Below, piece by piece: positions 1 through 8,546 of a DNA stretch of 32,000 nucleotides (position 1 is the stretch's first letter; each line of letters opens with the position of its first letter). The notes beneath the pieces were generated by a model that saw only the letters and a list, made by a program, of their open reading frames with translations, was not told the DNA's origin and ran no database searches. Both the position numbers and the translations under genes were made by a program. The DNA comes from an uncultured archaeon (GTDB lineage: Archaea > Iainarchaeota > Iainarchaeia > Iainarchaeales > JAAZKV01): NCBI GenBank assembly GCA_964551375.1, contig CAZKBG010000001.1, positions 630,001 to 662,000 of the forward strand, given 5' to 3'.

Positions 1-1
1 A

Positions 2-397
2 AAAAAACCGGCAGTATACAGGGCGCCTCCAACACCTTTGCCAAGCAATACTGCAAATATTATTGACGCTGAAGCGCAAGTAGAAGCACTGCAGGAAAAA
101 GCACACGACGGCGAAACAGTAGTTCCACACGTTGAAAAAAAGGACATTTCTTACAAAGACTCTGAAATCACAGGATTTGTTCCAAAACCAAGAACTGCCT
201 CGAGAAACGCGCAGGTAAGCTCGGCTCACGGAAGCATTATTAGAAACATTGCCGCAGAATCTGACAGATCTTCCCAGTTAGGCGCAACTACAAGCTGGCA
301 GGAATGCACGCACAGAAAAGAAGGTTTTGGAAGAGATTACTGCAAAGAGTACCATTCAATTTGCTACAAGGAAAAATGCAGCAGAGCAAGAAAGTAA
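2..397 (+). CDS. 5'-truncated hypothetical protein with Cys-rich C-terminus, open through the left window edge
   Basis: The ORF track begins at a TTG (38), but the frame is open upstream to base 2 (KKPAVYRAPPTPLPSNTANI...). The C-terminus CTHRKEGFGRDYCKEYHSICYKEKC has 4 Cys. Confidence 0.45.
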   Translation, partial: KKPAVYRAPPTPLPSNTANIIDAEAQVEALQEKAHDGETVVPHVEKKDISYKDSEITGFVPKPRTASRNAQVSSAHGSIIRNIAAESDRSSQLGATTSWQECTHRKEGFGRDYCKEYHSICYKEKCSRARK

Positions 398-532
398 GTT
401 TACACTAATTCAATCCTTTGCCGGACTTGCCGGCCTTTACCAAGAAAAACAATCCATAGTGATAACTGGCTAACTTAAAGAGAGGCGAAGCTAACTTACA
501 ATCTTTTAAGCTTTTTTGAACAGGATTTAGTT

Positions 533-2266
533 ATGTGTAACGAGGAAAACAACTATTATGACAAATTCTGGCACACAGCAGCGCACGTGTTTGCAAATGC
601 CCTCGTTGAACTTTACCCTAACGCAAAAATCGCAATCGGACCGCCGATTGAGCAGGGATTTCATTATGATTTTGAACTTGAAGAAAATCTTGACGCAAAA
701 GCTCTTGAAAAAATTGAAGCAAAGATGAAAGAAGTGCTGGCCAGAAAGGAAAAAATGGTCCGAGGAGAAATGACAATAGACGAAGCGCTTGAAACTTTCA
801 AAAACAATCCTTACAAAGTTGAAATGATAAAAGACCTTGCAGCCGCAGGCGAGACAAAGATTGGAACTTACACAAACGGCAAGTTCATGGACATGTGCAA
901 AGGACCGCATATTGATTCAATAGAAGAAATCGGAGCAATAAAATTACTAAAAGTGTCAGGCGCGTACTGGAAAGGAAATGACAAAAACAAAATGCTGCAA
1001 AGAGTTTACGGAATTGCATTTAAGACACAAAAAGAACTTGATGAATTCTTGGAAATGAGAAAAAAAGCCGAAGAAAATTCTCATGTTAAACTTGGAAAAG
1101 AACTTGATCTTTATTTACTAAGCGAAGTTGTGGGAAAAGGACTTCCGCTCTTTACTCCACGCGGAGCAATGATGATGCAAGTACTGCAAAGATTCATTGA
1201 AGACGAGGAAACAAAGAGAGGATACTTAAGAACACGAACTCCAGTAATGACAAAGGCGGAGCTTTACAAAATTTCAGGACACTACACGCACTTCAAAGAA
1301 AATATGTTCCAATTAGACATTGAAGGAAACGAATATTTCCTAAGGCCAATGACATGCCCCCACCAATACATGGTGTACAAAGCAAAACAATACAGCTACA
1401 GAGACATGCCAGTAAGACTTGGCGAAGTAGCGCAGTTATTTAGAAAAGAGCAGAGCGGCGAACTTCACGGAATAGTAAGAGTATGGCAGTTCACATTAAA
1501 CGATGCTCACTTAATATGCCGAGACGACCAGTTGGAAGCAGAAATAAACTCCACAATTGATTTAGTCCAGTACTGCATGAAGAAACTCGGCATCAAAGAC
1601 TACTGGTACAGATTCAGCAAATGGGACCCTAAAAACAAAGAAAAATATATTGACAACCCGGCAATGTGGGAAAAATCACAAGCAATACTAAAAACAGTTC
1701 TTGATAAATCAAAAATGAAATATGTCGAAGCTGATAACGAAGCCGCATTCTACGGACCAAAAATTGATATCCAGGCAAAAAATGTTTACGGAAAAGAAGA
1801 CACATTATTCACAGTGCAGGTAGATTACGCTGCGGCAGAGAAATTTGACATGACTTATATCGACAAAGATGGAGCTAAACAGCGCCCAGTAGTAATACAC
1901 AGAGCAGCAGTAGGATGCCTTGAAAGAACCGTGGCATTCATACTTGAACAAACAGGCGGGAACTTGCCGTTCTGGCTTGCTCCTGAACAGATAAGAATAA
2001 TCCCAGTATCTGAAAAGTTCGTTGAGGATGCTAATGAAGTAAAGAAAAAACTCATACTTGAAGGATTCAGAGCAGAAGTTGACTCAAAAGACCAGACGCT
2101 TGGAAACAAAATCAGAAACGCGCAGGGATTGAAAGTCCCAATAATGCTAGTATTTGGCGAAAAAGAAAAAACAACAAACGAATACCAAGTGAGAGAAAGA
2201 AACGGAACACAATACAAACTAAATTACACTGACTTAGTTGCGGCTCTTAAGAAGATGAGCGAATAA
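533..2266 (+). CDS. thrS: Threonyl-tRNA synthetase, bacterial-type core with N2 editing domain, no N-terminal TGS domain
   Basis: HTAAH (HxxxH) editing motif, GPPIEQGFHYDF, class II motif 2 and 3 regions (RLGEVAQLFRKEQSGELHGIVRVWQFT; HRAAVGCLERTVAFILE) and a C-terminal anticodon-binding domain. Confidence 0.93.
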   Translation: MCNEENNYYDKFWHTAAHVFANALVELYPNAKIAIGPPIEQGFHYDFELEENLDAKALEKIEAKMKEVLARKEKMVRGEMTIDEALETFKNNPYKVEMIKDLAAAGETKIGTYTNGKFMDMCKGPHIDSIEEIGAIKLLKVSGAYWKGNDKNKMLQRVYGIAFKTQKELDEFLEMRKKAEENSHVKLGKELDLYLLSEVVGKGLPLFTPRGAMMMQVLQRFIEDEETKRGYLRTRTPVMTKAELYKISGHYTHFKENMFQLDIEGNEYFLRPMTCPHQYMVYKAKQYSYRDMPVRLGEVAQLFRKEQSGELHGIVRVWQFTLNDAHLICRDDQLEAEINSTIDLVQYCMKKLGIKDYWYRFSKWDPKNKEKYIDNPAMWEKSQAILKTVLDKSKMKYVEADNEAAFYGPKIDIQAKNVYGKEDTLFTVQVDYAAAEKFDMTYIDKDGAKQRPVVIHRAAVGCLERTVAFILEQTGGNLPFWLAPEQIRIIPVSEKFVEDANEVKKKLILEGFRAEVDSKDQTLGNKIRNAQGLKVPIMLVFGEKEKTTNEYQVRERNGTQYKLNYTDLVAALKKMSE

Positions 2267-2343
2267 ACCGCTAATTAAACATCAACTTTTCCCTAATGCC
2301 ACGATTTTAAAATACTACTCGAACAATCATTAATAGGATAAAC

Positions 2344-3789
2344 ATGCCTCAAACAAATCTTCCTGATAAGGCAAAACAGCCAAGCGAATGGTACACCCAG
2401 ATAATAAAAGAAGCTGAGCTTGCGGACATTAGATACGGCGTAAAAGGATGCATAGTATTTCAAAACTGGGCAGTAGAAGCAATGGAAAAAATGTATGATT
2501 ACATGGAAGCTGATTTGAAGAAAAGAGGACACAAAAATTACTGGTTTCCAACACTTATTCCTGAAAGTTTTTTTCACAAAGAAGCAGAACATATTGAAGG
2601 ATTCACTCCTGAAGTATTCTGGGTAGAAAAAGGCGGAACTGAAAAACTTGAAGAAAGATTAGCCTTAAGGCCTACAAGTGAAACCGCATTTTACTCAATG
2701 TTTGCATTATGGATACGCTCATACAAAGATTTGCCTTACAAAACTTACCAAAGAGGAAATGTATTTAGATACGAATCAAAAGCAACAAGACCATTTTTAC
2801 GAAGCAGAGAATTTTATTGGATAGAAACGCACTGCGCATTTAGAACAGAAGAAGAAGCATTTGAAAATGTATTAGGCGACATGGAGACAACAAAAAGAGT
2901 GGTGTACGGAATATTTGGCGTTCCAACAATTGTATTTGAAAGACCTGACTGGGACAAATTCCCAGGAGCCTTGCGAACATTTGGAGCTGATGCAATCACC
3001 CCACAGGGAAGAGTAGTACAACAGCCAAGCACGCACATGATAAAACAGCACTTTGCGGAAGCGTTCGGAATAAAATATGTGGACAAGGACGAAAAAGAAA
3101 AAGTTCCCTTCACTACATGCTACGGTCCCGCAATATCAAGAATATTTGCTTCAGTAATACTAACACACGGAGACAATAACGGACTAAGATTTCCATTTGA
3201 AATTGCTCCAAAACAAGTTGTGATTATTCCAATACTTGCAGAAAAAGAGCCAAAGGTTTTAGCAAAAGCAAAAGAACTTGCAAATAAACTTGAAGAAGAA
3301 GGATACCGAGTAGAGCTTGACGACAGCGACAAAAGACCCGGAGAGAAATTCTACTTTTGGGAAATGAAAGGAGTTCCGCTTAGAATAGAAGTAGGCCCAA
3401 AGGATTTGGCTGAAAAGAAAGTAATGATGTCAAGAAGAGACACAGGCAAGAAAACTGCTGTACTTGAAAAAGATTTGCCAAAAGAAATTGCAAAACAAGG
3501 AGAAGCACTTAGCAAAAACATCAAAGAAGAAGCAAAAAAGAGCTTTGAAGGGCTGATTAAAGACGTTAAAAGCATGGCTGAAATTAAAAAAATTGTAGGA
3601 ACAGGAATTGCAAGGGCAAATTTCTGCTCAACTGAAAAAGAAGGGGAAAAGTGCGCTGAAAGTATTGAAAAAGAAGCAGGCGGAAAAGTGCGCGGAACAA
3701 GAATTGATGTTAAAGAAAAAGCGGAAGGAAACTGTGTTATCTGCGGAAAAAAAGCGCACAAAGTAGTGTATATTGCAAAAGATTACTAA
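2344..3789 (+). CDS. proS: Prolyl-tRNA synthetase, archaeal/eukaryotic type
   Basis: RPTSETAFYSMFALWIRSYKDLP, RSREFYWIETHCAF, Cys-containing C-terminal Zn domain (C..C...CVICGK) and terminal KDY. Confidence 0.95.
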   Translation: MPQTNLPDKAKQPSEWYTQIIKEAELADIRYGVKGCIVFQNWAVEAMEKMYDYMEADLKKRGHKNYWFPTLIPESFFHKEAEHIEGFTPEVFWVEKGGTEKLEERLALRPTSETAFYSMFALWIRSYKDLPYKTYQRGNVFRYESKATRPFLRSREFYWIETHCAFRTEEEAFENVLGDMETTKRVVYGIFGVPTIVFERPDWDKFPGALRTFGADAITPQGRVVQQPSTHMIKQHFAEAFGIKYVDKDEKEKVPFTTCYGPAISRIFASVILTHGDNNGLRFPFEIAPKQVVIIPILAEKEPKVLAKAKELANKLEEEGYRVELDDSDKRPGEKFYFWEMKGVPLRIEVGPKDLAEKKVMMSRRDTGKKTAVLEKDLPKEIAKQGEALSKNIKEEAKKSFEGLIKDVKSMAEIKKIVGTGIARANFCSTEKEGEKCAESIEKEAGGKVRGTRIDVKEKAEGNCVICGKKAHKVVYIAKDY

Positions 3790-3875
3790 TTCTACAAGCA
3801 GGCTAAAATCGCAACTAAATAAAAAAATAAACACTAATCGGCAAGGCTTAAATAATCCAAAACCATATTTTTAGC

Positions 3876-5588
3876 ATGGCAACTGATTATCTTGACGACT
3901 TAATCGGCGCAGTAAAACAAGGGGCGCAGGAAGAGCAAAAAAAAGGACAAAAACCGCAGACTCCCGCGCAGATAATCCAAAACGAGCAAAATCAGGACAA
4001 AACTCCTGAAGAAAGAGAAGAAGCGCTCGCAAAAAGCATTACTCAAAAAGAAATGAAAAACTTGAACCAGGATGTTGAAGCCGGAGATCCGAGCGAAAAA
4101 ACAAGCATTGAAAAAGAACTTGACATGCAGCAAAAAACCGAAGTAAAAAGCTATGGAAAAGTAAAAATCTATAAAATCCCCGGAAAACCTCTTGCATATT
4201 ATTTTGTTCCCACAACAAGACCCACTGCTGTTGAGCGAAAAATGATAAACACGCTCAAAGAAGCGACAACAAGACTGATCAGCATCGCGCCTTACAAAAT
4301 CAGAAACGCGGATGAAAGGAGAATTGTTTACAAACAAAAAGTAATTGAAATAATAAAAAGCAACACCACTCTAAAAATCCCAGAAAGCAAAATAAACTTC
4401 TACGCCGACGCGGTTGTAAGGGAAATGGTGGGGTATGGAATAATTGATGACTTAATCAAAGATGACTTTCTTGAAGAAATCATGATAGTCGGCCCAAAAA
4501 AACCTGTTTATGTATTCCACAGAGAATACGAAATGATGCTGACTAATATCGAATTTTTTTCAGAACAAGAAGTTGAAGACCTGATAAATAAAATTGCCCG
4601 CGAAGTAGGAAGAAGAGTAGATGTATCATCCCCGCTGCTTGATGCAAGACTTGGAGACGGGAGCCGTGTTAACGCAACAATTCCGCCCGCAAGTATTAGC
4701 GGAGGAACTGTAACTATTAGAAAATTCCGTCAGGATCCTTTTTCAATAATTGATTTAATAAGAATGGGAACACTCTCAAGCGAAGCGGCTGCGTTCTTGT
4801 GGCTCGCAGTTGAAGGAATGGGAACAAAACCTGCAAACATCCTAATCGCAGGAGGAACAGGCTCGGGAAAAACAACGCTGCTAAATGTACTGGCGTCATT
4901 TGTTCCTGACAGAGAGAGAGTAATCACAATCGAAGACACAGCTGAATTAAGTTTGCCTATAAAACACTGGATAAGACTTGAGTCAAAACCCCCAGGACTT
5001 GAAGGAACAGGGGAACTGAAAATGGATATACTCACAAAAAACTCTTTGAGAATGAGGCCTGATCGAATAATAGTTGGAGAAATCAGACATGAAGAAGCAT
5101 TCACACTTTTTACTGCAATGAACACAGGACACGACGGATGCTTGGGAACCGTGCACGCAAACAGCCCTGATGAAACGCTAATAAGATTAACAAGCCCGCC
5201 AATGAATGTTCCAAGCATTATGATGAGCGGACTTGACATGATGATAATTGAACACAGATATTATGACAGAAAAAAAGGAACGATGAGAAGAGTAAGCGAA
5301 ATCGCGGAAGTATACGGCGCGCTAAGCGGAAACCCAAAAACACAAATAATTTACCAAAGAGACCCTGCAAAAGATGTTCTTGAAAGAACGCTTGTTGACA
5401 GCGCATACCTTAAAATTATCCAAAATTTTACAGGAACATCAAAAGAAAAGATAAATGCAGAAGTGCAATCGCGAAAAATCTTCCTTGACACCCTTGTGCA
5501 AAAGAATATAAGGAACTTAAACGAAGTATCTGAGAAGGCAAAGGACTTTTTGATACAAAGAAACATTGGTGGAACTAATGACATATGA
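3876..5588 (+). CDS. Type II/IV secretion/pilus assembly ATPase (TadA/VirB11/GspE superfamily)
   Basis: Walker A GGTGSGKTTLLN, Asp box ITIEDTAEL, Walker B RPDRIIVGEIR, His box GHDGCLGTVHA. Confidence 0.93.
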   Translation: MATDYLDDLIGAVKQGAQEEQKKGQKPQTPAQIIQNEQNQDKTPEEREEALAKSITQKEMKNLNQDVEAGDPSEKTSIEKELDMQQKTEVKSYGKVKIYKIPGKPLAYYFVPTTRPTAVERKMINTLKEATTRLISIAPYKIRNADERRIVYKQKVIEIIKSNTTLKIPESKINFYADAVVREMVGYGIIDDLIKDDFLEEIMIVGPKKPVYVFHREYEMMLTNIEFFSEQEVEDLINKIAREVGRRVDVSSPLLDARLGDGSRVNATIPPASISGGTVTIRKFRQDPFSIIDLIRMGTLSSEAAAFLWLAVEGMGTKPANILIAGGTGSGKTTLLNVLASFVPDRERVITIEDTAELSLPIKHWIRLESKPPGLEGTGELKMDILTKNSLRMRPDRIIVGEIRHEEAFTLFTAMNTGHDGCLGTVHANSPDETLIRLTSPPMNVPSIMMSGLDMMIIEHRYYDRKKGTMRRVSEIAEVYGALSGNPKTQIIYQRDPAKDVLERTLVDSAYLKIIQNFTGTSKEKINAEVQSRKIFLDTLVQKNIRNLNEVSEKAKDFLIQRNIGGTNDI

Positions 5589-6687
5589 TTCAAGCGCAAA
5601 CCACGAAGAAGTAGACCAAATACTTGAAACAATGAAGAAAAAGTACCGAAAGGAAGGAATGCAATTTGAAGAAGTATCAGGCGGATTAAAAGAACTAAGA
5701 GGAATAATTGCAGAAGACACTTACGCAAAAGAAGATATTGAAACAAAAGACGATCTTGACGCATTTAACTCAAATCTTGCAACACAACTTGGAACATTTT
5801 ACTTAAAACTAAAAAACTTTCTAAAACCGGTACAGGAAATGCTCAAAAAACTTCCATTCACCGAAGAAATCGGATACTATTTGTACTCGGCAAATATGCC
5901 TTACTCTTCAAACCAGTACCTTGCGCTGACAAGCGCAGCAGGACTTGTTGGAGCCCTTGTTGGATTAATAATTGGATTATTTGTTGGAGCGCTGCTTGCC
6001 GCAACAACACAAAACATAGCGCTTGGAGCAATTATACCCCCAGTTACTGCACTAGTGCTTGGAGTAGGAGCAACATTTGTAATGCTAATGATACCAAAAC
6101 AAACTGCGGTGTCAAGAGGAAATGCATGCTCTGTTGAGCTTCCATTTGCGCTAAGACACATGGCAACTGAACTAAAAGCAGGAATAGGACTTTACAAAAC
6201 AATACAAGCAATAACCGCAGCTGATTACGGCGTGCTAAGCGAAGAATTCGCAAGAACTATTACAGAAATTGAAGAAGGAACTGACACAAGCGTTGCGCTA
6301 AAACACTTAGCTCTAAGAACACAAAGCAAACCGCTTCGCTCAGCAATAAACCATATGCTAAGAGCAATGAGAGTGGGAGGAAATTTATCAGCAATCATGA
6401 GCGAAATTGCGGAAGACGTTTCAGAAGACTTAAAAAACAGAATCAACGCATTCGCACAGCAGATGAACTTCTTTGCAGTAGTATTTATTTTCCTATGCAT
6501 CGTACTCCCTGTTGCAATTATGATACTTGGCGCAATAAGAAACTCTCCAATAGGCTCAAGCGCGGGAGAATTATTCAAAGCAGTGCCGCTTGACCCAACA
6601 GTAATGACACTATTCTTTGTAGTAGCAATGCCAATAGTTTTTATTGTAATGAATTTAATTGTGTACATGGCACAGCCAAAGATGTGA
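5578..6687 (+). CDS. TadC/FlaJ-like pilus assembly membrane protein (T2SSF family), first copy
   Basis: Multi-TM protein next to the ATPase, with the T2SSF-like segment FALRHMATELKAGIGLYKTIQAI. The ORF track starts at TTG 5566; ATG at 5578 overlaps the ATPase stop. Confidence 0.85.
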   Translation: MTYDSSANHEEVDQILETMKKKYRKEGMQFEEVSGGLKELRGIIAEDTYAKEDIETKDDLDAFNSNLATQLGTFYLKLKNFLKPVQEMLKKLPFTEEIGYYLYSANMPYSSNQYLALTSAAGLVGALVGLIIGLFVGALLAATTQNIALGAIIPPVTALVLGVGATFVMLMIPKQTAVSRGNACSVELPFALRHMATELKAGIGLYKTIQAITAADYGVLSEEFARTITEIEEGTDTSVALKHLALRTQSKPLRSAINHMLRAMRVGGNLSAIMSEIAEDVSEDLKNRINAFAQQMNFFAVVFIFLCIVLPVAIMILGAIRNSPIGSSAGELFKAVPLDPTVMTLFFVVAMPIVFIVMNLIVYMAQPKM

Positions 6688-6691
6688 TTAG

Positions 6692-7612
6692 ATGGAACTG
6701 ACAAAATTTTACGAAACCTACGCGGATTGGATGGAGTTTTCCAAAATCAAATACCCTCCGACAGTATGGATAGCAATGGCGCTTGTAATAACAGCAGTAG
6801 TAGGATTTGTAAGCTTCATACTCAGCGCGCTAATCATAAGAGAAGTAACACTTCTACCCGTAGCATTTGCAATTTCAGCGCTGGTGCTTGTACTGGGATA
6901 CCCATACATGCGAAAAGAAGCAATTATTGACTCAATTGAAAAAAACTTCAGCGACGCGCTAAAGCAAATGGCTGACACACTAAAAGCAGGAGACACTTAC
7001 GAAAGCGCACTAAGGGAAGTTGCAGAAGCGGATTATGGAAGATTATCGGAAGAAATGCAACTGGCGCTAAGAAGACTTGAAGACGGAGAAAACCTTGACA
7101 GCGCACTAAGCGGATTTGCGGAAAGAATTGATTCCACTACTATAAAAAGAACAATCACAATCGTGCTTGACTCAATAAAAACAGGAGCAAGCCTTGCGGA
7201 CATACTTGATGATATCGCTGATGATGTAAGAGACTTCCAGAGACTAAAAGAAGAAAGAAAATCAAACACAACAATGCAATTCATGTTCATGATAGCATCA
7301 GGCGGAATAATTGCTCCAATCATTTTCGGGGAAATAAACGCGGTTGTAGGCGGATTCTCAAACATAGGCTCACAGACACTTGACCCAAGCCAAATAGCAG
7401 CAGCGGCTTCAACAAACGGGCTAATACTCACACTAATACAGACTTATATCATAATTGAAGTTTTAGGAAGCGGAGCAATGATGTCATTCATCAGAGACGG
7501 AAAACTTAACAAAAGCATTATATACATCCCAATCCTTTTATTAATGGCATTCGTGGTATATTACATATCAATGACATTTATCAAAGGAATGCTTGCAGGT
7601 GCCAGCGCATGA
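6692..7612 (+). CDS. TadC/FlaJ-like pilus assembly membrane protein, second copy
   Basis: Multi-TM; FSDALKQMADTLKAGDTYESALREVAEADYGRLSEEMQLA resembles the first copy's T2SSF repeat; immediately follows it. Confidence 0.83.
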   Translation: MELTKFYETYADWMEFSKIKYPPTVWIAMALVITAVVGFVSFILSALIIREVTLLPVAFAISALVLVLGYPYMRKEAIIDSIEKNFSDALKQMADTLKAGDTYESALREVAEADYGRLSEEMQLALRRLEDGENLDSALSGFAERIDSTTIKRTITIVLDSIKTGASLADILDDIADDVRDFQRLKEERKSNTTMQFMFMIASGGIIAPIIFGEINAVVGGFSNIGSQTLDPSQIAAAASTNGLILTLIQTYIIIEVLGSGAMMSFIRDGKLNKSIIYIPILLLMAFVVYYISMTFIKGMLAGASA

Positions 7613-7755
7613 TGGAAGAAAGAGCCCAAGTACAAATGGAAATGATGCTAATACTAGCAGGAGTAATCGTTGTAGTGACAGTTGTTACGCTATTTATCAA
7701 AACTACTGCAAACACAGTAGGCGGAACAGCACAAGATGCCGCAAAAAAGCCATAA
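7609..7755 (+). CDS. Tiny class III pilin-like protein (48 aa)
   Basis: Manual translation: MMEERAQVQMEMMLILAGVIVVVTVVTLFIKTTANTVGGTAQDAAKKP. Q+1..E+5 site followed by a hydrophobic helix. Overlaps the upstream stop (ATGATG). Missing from the supplied ORF track. Confidence 0.75.
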   Translation: MMEERAQVQMEMMLILAGVIVVVTVVTLFIKTTANTVGGTAQDAAKKP

Positions 7756-7782
7756 ATTAAGTTTACAACTCAAAAGGGAGGT

Positions 7783-7968
7783 ATGAAAATGGAAGAAAAA
7801 GCACAAGGAGCTATTGAATACCTATTAATCATAGGAGCCGCAATCCTAGTAGTAGCAATCGTAATAATAGCAGTAACAGGAGCACTAGGACAAGGAACAA
7901 AACAAGGCGGAGATGCAAACAAAGTACAAGTAGATGCATATAACGACCTAAACTCAATGATTAAGTAA
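7783..7968 (+). CDS. Class III signal peptide pilin, Cys-free (probably a major pilin)
   Basis: MEEKAQGAIEYLLIIGAAILVVAIVIIAVTGALGQG (likely start at the second Met); strong SD gggaggt upstream. Confidence 0.85.
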   Translation: MKMEEKAQGAIEYLLIIGAAILVVAIVIIAVTGALGQGTKQGGDANKVQVDAYNDLNSMIK

Positions 7969-7987
7969 ATCAGCAAATTGTAATTAA

Positions 7988-8011
7988 AGGAAAAGGCAAC
8001 TGCCTTTTCCT
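7988..8011 (+). terminator. Hairpin plus T-rich tail downstream of the first pilin
   Basis: aggaaaaggca-ac-tgccttttcct, a perfect 11-bp inverted repeat with a 2-nt spacer, followed by aattctattttt. Confidence 0.55.
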
Positions 8012-8067
8012 AATTCTATTTTTAGTCAATCTAAAGCAAGCATAGTTTGCCAAGCAAAAACTAAACC

Positions 8068-8119
8068 TTTAAATATCACAAAAAACATGCTATTCAATAT
8101 TCTTAACTAAAAAGGAGGT
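8068..8119 (+). promoter_or_regulatory. Promoter and leader of the second pilin: TATA-like element and strong Shine-Dalgarno
   Basis: tttaaatat at 8068-8076; aggaggt at 8113-8119, 6 nt before ATG 8126. Confidence 0.55.
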
Positions 8120-8125
8120 TATGAA

Positions 8126-8413
8126 ATGAACTATAAAGGACAGGGTGCAATTGAATACCTGCTAATTATCGGCGCAGCAATACTTGTTGTAGCAATCGTA
8201 ATAATAGCAGTAACAGGAGCACTAGGACAAGGAACTACACAGGGCGGACAAGCACAAAAAGATCAGAACGTACAAAACAACAAGCTTGCATGCATGGCAG
8301 ACTGCAACGTAGCAGGACCATGTTACACAGCATCAGCAAATGCAGGATGCGCAATCCTACAACCAACAAGATGCGTACCACAAGCAACAACAGGCACAGC
8401 AATGTGTAAATAA
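8126..8413 (+). CDS. Class III signal peptide pilin with 6-Cys C-terminal domain
   Basis: MNYKGQGAIEYLLIIGAAILVV; C-terminus CMADCNVAGPCYTASANAGCAILQPTRCVPQATTGTAMCK. Confidence 0.85.
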   Translation: MNYKGQGAIEYLLIIGAAILVVAIVIIAVTGALGQGTTQGGQAQKDQNVQNNKLACMADCNVAGPCYTASANAGCAILQPTRCVPQATTGTAMCK

Positions 8414-8433
8414 TAAATAAAACCTCTTTTTTA

Positions 8434-8469
8434 GGAAAGGCTAAGAACGCCTTTCCCAATTATTTTTTT
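8434..8469 (+). terminator. Hairpin plus T-tract downstream of the second pilin
   Basis: ggaaaggc-taagaac-gcctttcc, then caattattttttt. Confidence 0.55.
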
Positions 8470-8485
8470 AACAAAAACTGATTCA

Positions 8486-8515
8486 CACTTGGCGTGCCAA
8501 GTGAACATTTAAATA
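8486..8515 (+). promoter_or_regulatory. Palindrome (candidate operator) abutting a TATA-like box upstream of the third pilin
   Basis: cacttggc-gt-gccaagtg (8486-8503), then tttaaata at 8508-8515; ATG at 8547. Confidence 0.5.
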
Positions 8516-8546
8516 CAACCTTCTTGCTTAATTAGAAAGTGATTTT

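Noticed and set aside
420-434. Small inverted repeat gccgg-acttg-ccggc downstream of the first ORF
   Set aside because: Only 5-bp arms and no T-tract; not strong enough to call a terminator or operator.
527-910. Minus-strand ORF opposite thrS
   Set aside because: Lies wholly antisense to a confidently assigned synthetase; low-complexity Phe/Cys/Val-rich translation typical of a shadow frame.
2814-3761. Minus-strand ORFs (2814..3113, 3120..3332, 3351..3761) opposite proS
   Set aside because: Antisense shadow frames of a conserved gene; Ser/Phe-rich with no motif.
5901-7431. Several ORFs on alternative frames (5901..6161, 6044..6253, 6225..6704, 6718..6996, 6727..6930, 7033..7431)
   Set aside because: All overlap well-supported TadC/FlaJ-like genes; no start context or recognisable domains.
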